A stretch of DNA of 64,000 bases from Balanoglossus misakiensis (lineage: Eukaryota; Animalia; Hemichordata): assembly GCA_040954595.2 (NCBI GenBank), contig CM082588.2:9160844-9224843 (forward strand), written 5' to 3'. Under the pieces are notes generated by a model. That model made no database searches. It saw only the letters and a list, made by a program, of their open reading frames with translations, and was not told the DNA's origin. The position numbers and the translations under genes are program-made. Shown here piece after piece: positions 1 to 12,700 of the stretch. Numbering within the stretch: position 1 is the stretch's first letter; every line of letters starts with the position of its first letter.

Positions 1-290
1 TTTACCATACCAAATTCTTTGAGGATCAGACTTTCTGCTGACAGTTAAAACTAGTCTGTGGTTGCAAAGAAAATGATCATACAATTTATTGCGGTCTAGT
101 AGTTTGAGGTTGGCACATATCAGTTGTCACGCATATTTACAAGATTCTTTTGTATAATGACTTCAGGCCAAAAGTACACTATACCACACAGTTAGGAAAC
201 TTGGTCTCTTCACCTGGGCCCACTGTATGTATAATGATGTTGAGGTGAGTGTAGAGATGATATTGTTTCAGGACACTAGCCAAAACATAC

Positions 291-3200
291 CTGCACATCC
301 AATTTCATCAGAGAAATCACCATCACCACAGTCAACTGTACCATCACAAACCCAGTCAGGATTTATACAATTACCATTGGAGCATCGAAAGTCACCTGAA
401 CAAAAATAATTTAAAAAATAATGATAACATTTACATTGATGGATATTTTTTTAACTTTTGTCATAATACTGATATCTCTTATTAATTTTCTGTATGTAGG
501 AAAGGACATGAAAGTTTTTGTATCAAACCCATAAGCTTTTAAGTTTATGAACAATATCACACGATCAATATTGTATCTCTGCCAAAAGTAAAACTGCTTT
601 AACAAAAAAGCATGAAAACCTGTTTCACATAAATAGTCTAAAAGTATAATTTAAAGATAACAATTCAATTAATGAGTGGAATTATCTAGCGACAAAATTA
701 CTGGCCAGAATGAAGTAACTCTCCTCCGTTTTGAATTTCAAATATAACACCATTCTGCACCGCAGGAGACATGATCTCATCTGATCCCCTTTGTTTAACA
801 TTTACTAGTTTTAGTGGTGAGCTCTTCCAAGTCTAGATGTTTAAAGTTTAATATCCTATCACATGTATATCTTGTATGGCTTAGGGGACTCTCTCACTCT
901 CTCCCTCCCCCCTCCCTCTCAAGCGCTCTCTCCCTCCCCCTCTCCCTCCCTCCCACCTCGATCCCCCACCCCTCTCTCTATCCCCTCCCTCCCTCCCTCT
1001 CTCTCCCCTCCCTCCCTCCCTCTCTCTCCCATCCTCCCTCCCTCCCCTCTCTCTCCCCCTCCCTCTCTCTCCCTCCCTCTCCCTTTCTCTTACCCTCCCT
1101 CCCTCCCCCTTTCTCTCCCCTCCCTCCCTTTCTCCCACCCACCCTCCCCTCGATCTCCCCCTCCCCTCGATCTCCCACTCCCCTCGATCCCCCTCCCCTC
1201 TCACTCTTCCCCTCCCACCCTCTCCCTCCCTCCCTTTTGCTCTCTCTCTCTCTCTCTCTCTCTCTTAGTGTAGGGAAGTGACCACAGCAGTGTGAGAAAA
1301 GTAAAGACCTGATGCGAGTAAGGGCAGATTCTAGTTGATTTGAATCAGACTTACCCTCAGCACAACCTGCTACTTCACACATTGACGGACTGACATCATC
1401 ACATCTTGCATGATACCATGGGTAATTATTTTCAAAGAGGTTTAACCTCACACATTGCCCAGTGGAGGCATCAGGTTCTGTGTCTGCCCATCGACCATCA
1501 AAGACACTACCTTTTCTGCCATCTGAATAATCATATTCCACACTGCCATCTGGATTGGGTCCACTAAATCCTACAAAATGGAAGTAAAGAAAGAAGATGC
1601 ATACAGCAGTGTTTCATCCAGGATGGGGGGGGGGGATATGTCCCCCTTTGCATGAATAGTTGCACTCTTGCAAGGAGGGGAATGAGTGACATCGCTGAGT
1701 CTGTAACGGGCACCATTTCCCCCTTGACAAATTTCTAGGGGGTGCCAACATGCTGACAGTGGGCGAATACCCTCATCCCTCCATCTGGATGAAAAACTGC
1801 ATACAGAGTCACCTGGCAAGATTTTGTGAGGTGATTGAGATGTAAAAAATAGGCTTTTCAATTACCATCTTGAGACAATTATCATTCAAGTGTTACTATG
1901 CAGTGCTCACTTGTAAACTGTCAAATTCCAAAACCAGTTATTTTTTACACTTGATACACCCACACATTATTTGGGAACACTGAGAAACACTGTTAAAAGA
2001 CACACTCACCAATCCAACCATGGTTCGCTGTTTCATTGGAAGTCTGTTCAATCTGGTTTACAATCTCTGCTCCGGCATAAAGATTTTCAGAATAACCCTC
2101 AATTACTGTCAAGTGCCCACCATAAAATCTGAAAATAAATCAATTTATAACACATCAAACATGTTCCAAACTAATTTCAAAATTCCCTGTATATGAAAAC
2201 ATTATATTGGTGAATTAAAGGTTTATAAATGTGACATAAGATTTTTGTTTGTAACTCTATAATATGCATCACACCTTTCCAAAAGTGTGTGATCCGTCTC
2301 TTTCGGCTGAATTTTTTGGGGAAAAAATCTCCTGAAGGCTGAACGTTTCCTTCGAACCATAATGTTCAGCTGATTTTATTTAGAGAGAAAACACGAAAGT
2401 TTCCAGGAAATGGCTGTTTTTTGGTGTGACTGTGAATAAACTTAAAAGACAAATTATGATACAGTTGCATCAAGGTGATAGCAAAATTTATATCTGGTGA
2501 AGAAACTAAAGGACATTCCGAAAATTTTGCCAGAATTCCGAAATTAGTTCGGAATTAGTTATCAATAATCTGTATTGTACAGTCGAACGGTGAACGGGTA
2601 GTTGACAATTCCCACGAGCAAACCCGTACCCTTTCTCGGTAGTTACGCCGGACCGGCCTGCAATGTCATAGAAAAAGTGGTACGATATGCCAGCTGAGCC
2701 GTCTCTATTTTAAAATTCAGAGTCTACAAGGCCGTCTCTAGCTAAATATTATAATAACTATCGAGGAACATGACATATCAGCGAATGTGGGGCTGCAGGC
2801 TGGGCTGCAGGTAGCTCTGCGTGGCAGGGCTGTGTTGTTAATACGGCGAGCCCTCCACATGTATATGACCAAAGGATCCGCATGAATATAAAGACAATTA
2901 CCTACTTTGCTACCGTGGGTCTTTGACTAATTAATACATGATAACGTGCATGAAAGCCAGCCGAGGCTTCAGGGGCATTGTATTCCTGAGTTTATACGCG
3001 AAGAAACCAAGAAATATCAGTATGTAGACGGAACTTGTCTTTTAGCTCAATTTTGACCTGGCTTGAGGTCACTGTGACAGCGCAGCCAACGGTAGAATTG
3101 GGATAGGCCTGAATAACATTTCTACTACAAAACTGGAGAGGGCGGGGGGGGATGGGGGGTGGGTGGGGGGGGGGGGGGGGGGGCTTTTCAGTTTAGTCAC

Positions 3201-6200
3201 GGCCCGGCCCGGAGTCACGGTCCTTGGTTTTGGCCTTCGGCTTCACTACTAAAGCCAAAAACCACAACGCCGAAGGCCAACTCGTCGAAGCACCTGGTAC
3301 GTCTATGGCAGAAGTCAGTATTTACATGTTCTGACTCGGTACACGCGATGCAGTTGCCAAGAGATTCCCAGAGGAATACCATGATGATGAACGGCTCGGG
3401 CGTCTTCGTGTGCACGAAGACACGATATTTGGCTTCATTGACCCTGTCCCATTCTTTGCTTTTCATACGCATAAGGACATTTCATATATTGTCGACCCAT
3501 ATTAATAGTTGTGTATTTTTTCCAGCTGATGAAAAGTCGACCTAAGCTTTTGTTTTATCACTTACTGTGGTTTTATAGGGATGTTGTGAGTGAAAAAGTG
3601 GCACATTCGGGTTGTTACCTTATACTTAATTTCGCCATTTCTATTGGAGCAGGCTACACCGGGCCCAGGGTCGAACTTAAACCAATTTGCAGCCGTGATG
3701 GTCGAACAATGTCCGACAAACTTTAGGCACGTCAAGCTTCTGCCTTCCTGGGTCGCCCGACAAGAATGAACTTCTATTTTAACGATAGGGCCTATTCCAA
3801 TCGATACCCGCCGTATCAGTCACGCAATAATGAACACGAAATCCAGATCCCCAAAAATGATGTTTCACTAGACTCGGGGAGATAAGAGTGCTGTTTAGTA
3901 CCAACGGGCAATTAAAGGTATACGGTCACCTATGGAAAATTAGCTATAGTTACCTGGCAAATTGAGATCTAGCCAATCACAGATTTTCAGTGGGTGGCAC
4001 ACGCGAAAAAAGAGCGCCGCCATATGTTCTCATCTCAGCCATATATGGGCCTATGTAAGTGTATACCTTTAACCATCTCATGTCATTTACAGAATTGGAA
4101 CACCCTAAAGAATGTCATGCAGACAATGTCACGTGTTGTTCCATGACCACCCAAACAACAAACTCATGTCCAAATCAATTAAATTCCAAAGAATGCTCCA
4201 AATATCTTTGCAGAATTGCCACGCAAGTCGAGCACATTTAAGCACTCTGCATAACTGAAACATAAAATCCAAGCTTTATACAATAAATGTACAACAATAA
4301 ACATTCTGATCGAAATAATGACCAAATAAAACGAAAAACACAACTCGACCCACAAAAAGTATACGAAGCGCTTTTAATCGCTCATTAATGTTTGATCTCG
4401 AGGAGACGTGTTAAAAATCCGTTATGAAAAGCAGGGGAGAACAATAACCTATTTTTACCAGGTAAACAGACACCAGGTAAAAAAATCCACCCATGCTTCC
4501 AGACCGCTCTATCCAACCAATGAAACTGTATATCTTTAACTTTAATTTGCAAACTCGTGGAATTGATCATTTTACGACTTGCGTGGCAATTCTGCAAAGA
4601 TATTTGGAGCATTCTTTTGACGTTTTCTCTGTGGTTTGTTTATACGAAATGTTGTCTGTGCCAAATCTGTCCTCTGATACTGTCACTTGTATTAGAGTTC
4701 GAATTACACAGAAGTACAGTACAACGTGGGAACGGTGATATACTTAGGCCACACTCGAGCTAAAAACAAAGGTCGAAAGTCTATATTTTATCAAAAATGT
4801 CTTGGACGCAATAACATCTACAGGATGTGGAATGGGCGGGTCAAAACCGCGATCTACAACTGTGCCCCCCCCGGGGACTGTCTTGCTTCTATTTGGAGTG
4901 TCAATATGTGATTTAGCGTTGTTTGCGGTAGAGACTAAGCTTTGTTCTTGTTTCACTCCATTTGCTGCATTGTGCTGTGCTCTGGTATTTCTCCGGGGTC
5001 TACGGTTACACCTAGTATGCTGATTATCAGTCGTATATTTACTACACATACAAAAAATCTCGAAGCTTTATGTCTGTGCCTTTTATGAACAAGCATCGTC
5101 CGATTCGAATTCGACTCGTCATCGGTAGCTATGTTTATTTCGCCCTTGGAGACCTCCCCTGGCCTCGTTAGGATGACTGTTACCAGGACTACCTTAAACC
5201 AATCTTTTCGAACCGGACGGTACACACGACATGTCTATGTTAATTGTCCAGGTACCAGAGTGTACGTGTGGGCTCCCTAAACCACTCATTGGCGGCCGGT
5301 CCCTGTCCGAATAAACACGTTTGACAGACAAAAAATGATGAACAAGTGGCTTATTTCAATACTTCGTTAACTAGACGGCTGAACTCTGAATGTTGATTCA
5401 GCAAAAAAATGTGTTTACGGCAAGGTTTCGATCAATACGGCACATTTACCATTGAAAACGCCCAAAGTAAGAAAAGAAGCGATTGAGCGGAAGTGATCGA
5501 TGGGGGCGTTTGACCATCAATCAAAACCACGCCCAGGTGTATGTGAACGGCCGAAGCAGTGTAACGTTTCACATTCCGTGCAACGTCCCACACTGTGTGA
5601 GAGCGGTTGCTGTCGGGTGGCTTGACCTAATTATCGTACATTGATATGCATTTGACACCTCACTACCTGTTTTCTCAATATTGCTAAAACTTTGCGTTGA
5701 AATATCACTGAAATGTTGATGATCCACGCACAAGTCGTCTACCCCGGCATGAAAAGCTTCTTATACAAGAAAACTAATTGCACATGGCCACCAAGGTCAT
5801 ACCGCAAGGTGTGTCTAAATGTCAAGGAAGGACACTGGGTGGGGGGACCTGGGTCAAGAACGACCATGACGGAGGAAAAACCGACAAGTCATTGTGTAAC
5901 CTGTTTACTTGCCAATAGTCAAACGTCAAAATTTACTCTCAACTTGGTTGCAGATCGAGTCTCCCGAATTTCCAACTTTTATGATTGGGTAAATACCGAT
6001 ATGCGACTGGTATGCGACGCGTTGACGACGCGAAGATTTTGTTGAAATCAAATTGTTTGTCAAATGTCATCTCACAGTTGAGATACCGTGGTCATCTGAC
6101 ATGAAAGGGTTCGATTGGGTCTGACCGCCGTCGTTCATCCATGCTTAGAAAGCGGCCATCATGGTACAAAGTAAAACCAAGGTCAAACCTTGCTGAACAC

Positions 6201-6648
6201 ATGCAAGGAGAAACATTTCTCCCTGTCTGTGTACTGAACACGTACCGTGATTGCCGCCATAGTTACAAACGTTACCACGTGAGAGAGAGACTGCATTTTA
6301 CATTTGTCTTTTCAATTTGTTGCTTTCTAACTACATGTATTCGGAATGATGGAGTTGAAACGACTTCAGGTGGACCTAGGGGAATTACCTTGTTTGTGAC
6401 TTTTTTCATGATCCTGAAAAGACGCCGAAATTAATGTGGCTAAGGTCACTCAGGACGACAGAATGGTTGAGCGATTTTCTTTTACGAGCTCCCACTAGTA
6501 TTTGTTTTATTGTTTCGGCAGTGTATCACATTATTCGAGCAATCTGCAGTCTGAAAACGACCTGTTTTCAAAGTTTATAACCAGATTACAGAAGAACAGG
6601 GGTTTAAGCATGAAAGGTCTTGTTGTCTCTCTGACTGACTGACTGACA

Positions 6649-6714
<66 letters not shown>

Positions 6715-9700
6715 CTGGCTGACTGTCTGTCTGTTTGTTTGCCTGTCTGTATGTCTGTCTGTCTGACAGAATGACTGTCTGCCCACTCTCTCTGAGCGAG
6801 TGAGTGAGCGAGCGAGCGACCGATGAGTGTCTCTACTGATGACTGTCGCTCTGTCTGTCTGCTTGTGTCTGTCTGCCACTCTGCCTGGTTCACTCTGTCT
6901 CTCTTAATTTCTTTAAAATTAGGGATATGCTATTAATGCGATATGAACGTCAGACAAGACGGATTTTTTTAATTCTCAAAACTGTCTGTTGTTTGCGGTT
7001 AAATATTGCAAAAGGTTAAGGGCTCTTTTCGCACATGACATGGCTTTGCAGCAGATATTGTAATACACATGTACATGTACATGTATATGTTCCCCGAATG
7101 TCACTTAATAGCTAACAAAGTAGTCTTGCAAATAATCACGGTCCTTGAGACATATCCATTTTCTCAACTTTGCACTGAACATGACACGTGATCAAGCATT
7201 GTCGACTTATCAGATACAATCGCCGAACACCTCACACGCACTGAGTACGCGGTTTTGTCTTTTTGTGTACGCGCTCTTTGTATTTGTGCGTGACATGTCC
7301 AAGCCTTGTTAAGATCTCCCGTCAAATTCTACTCAAATGATGTATACTTTCATACTTACGACTGACAGGTATTTTCAGCGTTGCCAGCTGATTGTTTGTC
7401 AGGTACCGCTTTATAACAAGACGCCCCTCTGAGTTGATAACCTGCAATGTAACATCATTCAATTGGTCTAGTCATGTTAGCATTAGTAAAATGCTTCAAA
7501 AGTGTTAAAGGGACATGATACAAGACACCGTTTATGTTAGTGAATGAACGTTCAACCACACACAACTTCCATCCCGCTTGTATGATACTTATATATAATT
7601 CCCCCGTATTTCGAACGAGTGTGCCTGCGTCGCGGACGAGTGATTCCCCGTATAGCGGCCGTATCCCTCCGAGCCGCAGGCGAGGAGGGATACAGCTATA
7701 CGGGGAATCACGAGTTCGCGACGCAGGTACACGAGTGAGGAATACGGGGGAATTATATGTTTATCACATACATAGATCCGCTAATTTTGATTTTCAAATA
7801 AATCTCTTTGTGGTTGCGATAAAATTTGGAACTATTTTGTGCAAAATTGAAGATCGATGTTATGAGGTCTATCTATCAGGTGACTCAGGTCACGACCTGG
7901 ACGATTCTGGTTTTGGCGATGACAGGTCTGTCGTGCGTCAGCTGGATTTCAGCGTCCGTTAAGGTTTCACTGGAGCAGGAAACCTTTCTTATGCCTTTTG
8001 CTTTATGACTAGACCGTTTTGCTCTAATCGTCGCATCAAAATTTTTTGCGAATACTCAAATTTGTACCTGTTGCTCGTTCAACAACACGACGACATTGGC
8101 TCAGCACTGCTGACCTCGCGACAGTTTTGGTGCCGGTTGGTGCGATAAAAATGTACACAGGTAAAACTAATCGTCGATCGTCCATATTTACACATACGAA
8201 ACATTTTAATATCTTTGCTTATGTTTTTATATCGAAATAAACCAACAATTGCACTGAATTTTGCCGTCCTAAGAGGACTTTGTTTACAAGTTTAAAATAG
8301 TTCCGTTTGGTGACGTCAGAGGGATGGGTATTACAATAACGCTTGGTGCAAATTTACCTACGTCTGACGTCATACTATGGTATATGCGGAGCTATGTATG
8401 TGATAAGAGAGTAAAACTCGCCCGAAATGAATAAATGGTAGAGACCGTTCATTCATTTTGGCGACTCTTTAAAACTCTCGTGTCTACAAGCGGGGTGGAA
8501 GGTGTGTGTGGTTGAACGTTGATTGTCACTATATCCACGTGACACGTAGAATAACATAAACGCAGTCTTGTATCAAACATAATTAATGGAAAAAGAGCAG
8601 CGAGAGAGAGACTTTGTCCCTTTAATGAATACAGCCACAATGTTCTGTTTATCTACTGACCAGGCATGGGTTGTCACGTACAGTTCTTTGGAACGTTCTG
8701 TCCTCTGAAGAAATCTGAGCACTCATCTACTCAGTCTGCTTATTTTTTTCTTTTTCCACCAGTATTATTGTCCGATTTGATACTCAACTCTAAGCCTCTT
8801 TCTGAATGGCTCTTTAAGTTGTGATCTGTAAGTCTTAAACCTTTCATCATCCCCCCCCCCCCCCCCCCCGTTTCATCTTTAGAGGTCCAACATTACCATA
8901 GAAAGCAATTGGTTTGGACTGAACCATGTTGGTGAAAGGGCTAGGGTCAATTCAACTTACCTTCTGGACATTCATATTTCACAAAGGGTGTTCCAAACAG
9001 TGCTCCAAGATCCAATTGCTGTGACAAAAAAACAATAAGTTAGCTGCCAGTACACTCAATGATGTACGCGCAGAACGTCAACTGGTAAACTGTGCGCCTG
9101 TGTCTCTTTCCATAGGAGTACATAGAGAATAGCTAGAAAACTTACTTCTATAATTGTCATTTTCATGAAAATATACACATAGCTCAGACAAATAAAAATA
9201 AATTAATCGGTCAAATAAAATCACCACGCTCTATTTTGAGATAAACTTTGTTCAATATTGTATCCATAGACAAACCATTTGTGAAAAATGCTGACCGTCA
9301 GCAGTTTTCCTAAATTATCGACTAAATTCACGGCCTTGTATGTCGAAAACAAGTGCAGTGACCCAAAATGGATTTTCATTATACATACAAATCAGAAACG
9401 AAAATCCACCATTAAAAGAAATGACAATGCTTTCAATTATACTGATCGTACATCCTTAAAGGGACAAAGTCTCGCTGCCCTTATCCATGTTTGATACAAG
9501 ACACCGTTTATGTTAATGTAAATGTGGATATATAGTGATGCAACGTTCAACCACAAACACCTTCCATCCCGCATGTACATGTAGACACAAGAGTGAAAAA
9601 ACTCGCCAAACTGAAAAATCGGTCTCTACCATTTATTCATTTTGGGCGAGTTTTTACTCTCATATCATACAAGCAGGATGGAAGTTGTGTGTGGTTGAAC

Positions 9701-12700
9701 GTTCATTCACTACATACACATGTCCATTAATATACACGGTGTCTTGTATCAAACATAATTAATGGAAAAGGGCGACGAGAGAGAGAGTTTGTCCCTTTAA
9801 GGCGACATGATGCATGAAGTGGCGAGAGATAAACGCGACTGACCACCGCATTAAACACTGTCAAGCAAGGCACTTCAAATGTCAATTGTTTAAGTGTGTA
9901 CTAAGTAATAGATTCATGTACCATGTCCTGGGGGGGGGGAGTCAAATCACAACAGTTGGACATGTACGAATATGAAGAGACGATATCAGTTTTTTTCATG
10001 TCTTCCTTTAGTAAAAAATCTGTCTTGAACTTTGTAGTTCAAATATAGAATTCCAACTTGACTTTAGCTTATGAACTCTCATTTGCACATCGCCATCTTG
10101 AAACTGTGTCGACTTGACCATAAGGGTTTTATCACTCAACTAGGTCGCAAAACCTATTTAAGTTAGTGAGAATAGGACTTTCACCTTTTAGGTTTAACGA
10201 AGGTCGATGGCTACAGCCGTTAATCCTGACTCATACACATGTTGCAGCCAGTATACTCTGCAGACATTGGACACAACAGTTTTACGAACCATTAAATTTT
10301 ATTGGACCATCAAGTTTATTGACCCATGACGTTCATATAGATTTTATGACACGACTGACGCTATAATCGGTCCATACCTTCGGCGAGCCAAGTGTTTTAT
10401 AACATCATAAGATATTAATACCTATCACCTAGTCAAATGATTTCAAGTTATAAACTTTCCACGCCAATAGGACGCCTTTCAGTGGAAATGCCACCAGGTA
10501 TCCTGAATAGGAAAATATTCCGGGTATCTGTCAAGTTTAGTCCCATATTATTTCTTATGTTTTATGATTGGCAATTCTAAGGGACGTCTCACATCGTCGT
10601 GTAATTTCAAACAAGGAAATTCGTCAACAGAAGGACCTTTAGCCCAAAGACCGGGTAAATTTTACTTTTGTTCTTCTTTGGGCATAAGTTTTCGAAGTTA
10701 TTTTATTGGCCATGTTTTCGGTCCAGCCGATAAACGGAAACTACTGCCACAGAATTTATGAACCTTTTACTTCTTGTAAAATTAACTAAAAATCAAGCTT
10801 CTTGCAGTCACATGAAATTCTAATACATTACTGTACTAGTATTCAAGTTAAGGATGTACGCGCTGAACATGAACTGTAAAACCGCGAGCATTCGTTTTTT
10901 CTCATAGGATGACATTGGGAATAGCTAGAAAATTCACTTCTACTATTGTCATTTTCATGAAATTTTACACATAGCTCAGTCAAATAACAGTAAATTCATC
11001 AAATAAAATCGTATGGTCACCGCGCTCTATTTTGAGATAAACTTCGCTTAATATTTTGCCCATAGCGGACAAAGCGTTTGTACGAAACTAGGAAACGTTC
11101 AGATGTTAACAAACTTGTTACTTTTTTGACGTTTGAAACCATGCATGAATCTTGTGTTTTTGTCCGGTGTCTCTTTAGAATGTCCTTACATATAAAATAC
11201 CTAGCTACGCAACATCTTGCTGGGTCTCGTAGAGTAACTTATAGAACATGGTTTATTAGGCCTCGCACGTAAGACTGCATATCCCTGCTTTATACTAACA
11301 CAACAGGTAGAGTCGAATAGGATTTTACGCACGGATGCATCTATGGTTGACCCTGAAATAGTTTGAAATCGTACAAGACCTCTGAGAGTCCTCTTGACTT
11401 GAAAATCGCCGAAAACAGCCCTTAAGACACAGACACACTGAAATCGGAGGGCGTGTACAACAAAAGGAAACAATGCTTTTCACTATTGAACATAATATCT
11501 AAGCTTCCTCAGCTTAGTAATTCCCTCCTGGGTTTGCCTATAAACACTCTTTTCTGTTTTCTGTTTTGGCTAGCCATTATCGATTGGATAAGCTTATACC
11601 AGACGACCGCACGTTTGAACCACCCGAGAAGACTAACACAAGACGTCGTTAACTATTTGCCAATGAATCGACTTCTGACAACGTGACATAGGAAATAAAA
11701 TTTTCAATTTTAGACGAGCAGTACTTCTGTGGTCATTATTTTTACACGCAGAAATGATTCGCACCTCAATGTTGTACAGATTTGCCGAAAATATCAGTAG
11801 AATTGTGCGGCGCCTCTGACGGCAACGCAGTTGACCAAACAAAAGTAACGTACTGATGATGGCAGCTTAGTTTTACAGTGGAATGACGATGCGCAAAATA
11901 CAAACTTATATGCGCAAATTGATGAAGGCAGCGTGAGACTTGACTCCACTCCAAATAGTCAAGGGCTCACTAGGACCCCGGTTATACCAACAATTACTAG
12001 AATATCTTAGAGCAGAGGGTTTCCCAGAACATGAGGGTCCCCAAAGGGCTTCTATCACTCGAAATCAGGGGAAATTATTTCAAATGCCATGGGAACATAG
12101 GCTTATCTGACTTGCCAGATTCGTTCAGCTTAATTCAGGGTAGGGTTCCCGTGACTGTACAAATGTCGCGTCAATACTTAAAGGTATACGGTCACCTCCA
12201 ATTTACATACGCCCATATACGGCTGAAATGGCGTATCTGTGTGTTCTAAAGAACATATAGTGGCGCTCTTTTTTTCGCGTGAGCCACCCACTAAAATTCA
12301 ATGATTGGCCAGATCGCAATTTGCCATGGTAACTGTAGTTATATTTGCACAGGTGACCGTATACCTTTAAGAACAGTTTACGTGTATTGAGATAAAAAAG
12401 ACTGTCAGATTGAGCTGTCACTTTTTGTCGTATAACCACCAGTCTTCCTCTTCTGGGTATCAACCAGATGTTTTGTTTGTTCTACACGCACTCATACGAT
12501 GCAGGCATACGATGTTCGAGTACTGGAGATATCCCATGATTCACCAGTGAATACTGGCATGTCTCCCATGCCGTACTCGGGCAAATAGATTGACTAGTTT
12601 TATATACTCTGAAGACGTGCCTTTATAGTCAGCTCAATTAATTAATACACATGCCGTTAATTGCACAGGGACTGTAACAAAGTGGCCACTGTAGTAGAGG

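Noticed and set aside
814-1281. Pro/Ser-rich and Gly/Arg/Glu-rich ORFs
   Set aside because: Artefacts of the CT low-complexity tract; only 1355-1570 is a real exon.
3159-3726. GC-richer stretch with short ORFs on both strands
   Set aside because: No recognisable domain or consistent splice sites; probably a TE interior.
6531-6893. SINQ-repeat ORFs
   Set aside because: Translation of the (GATT)n microsatellite.
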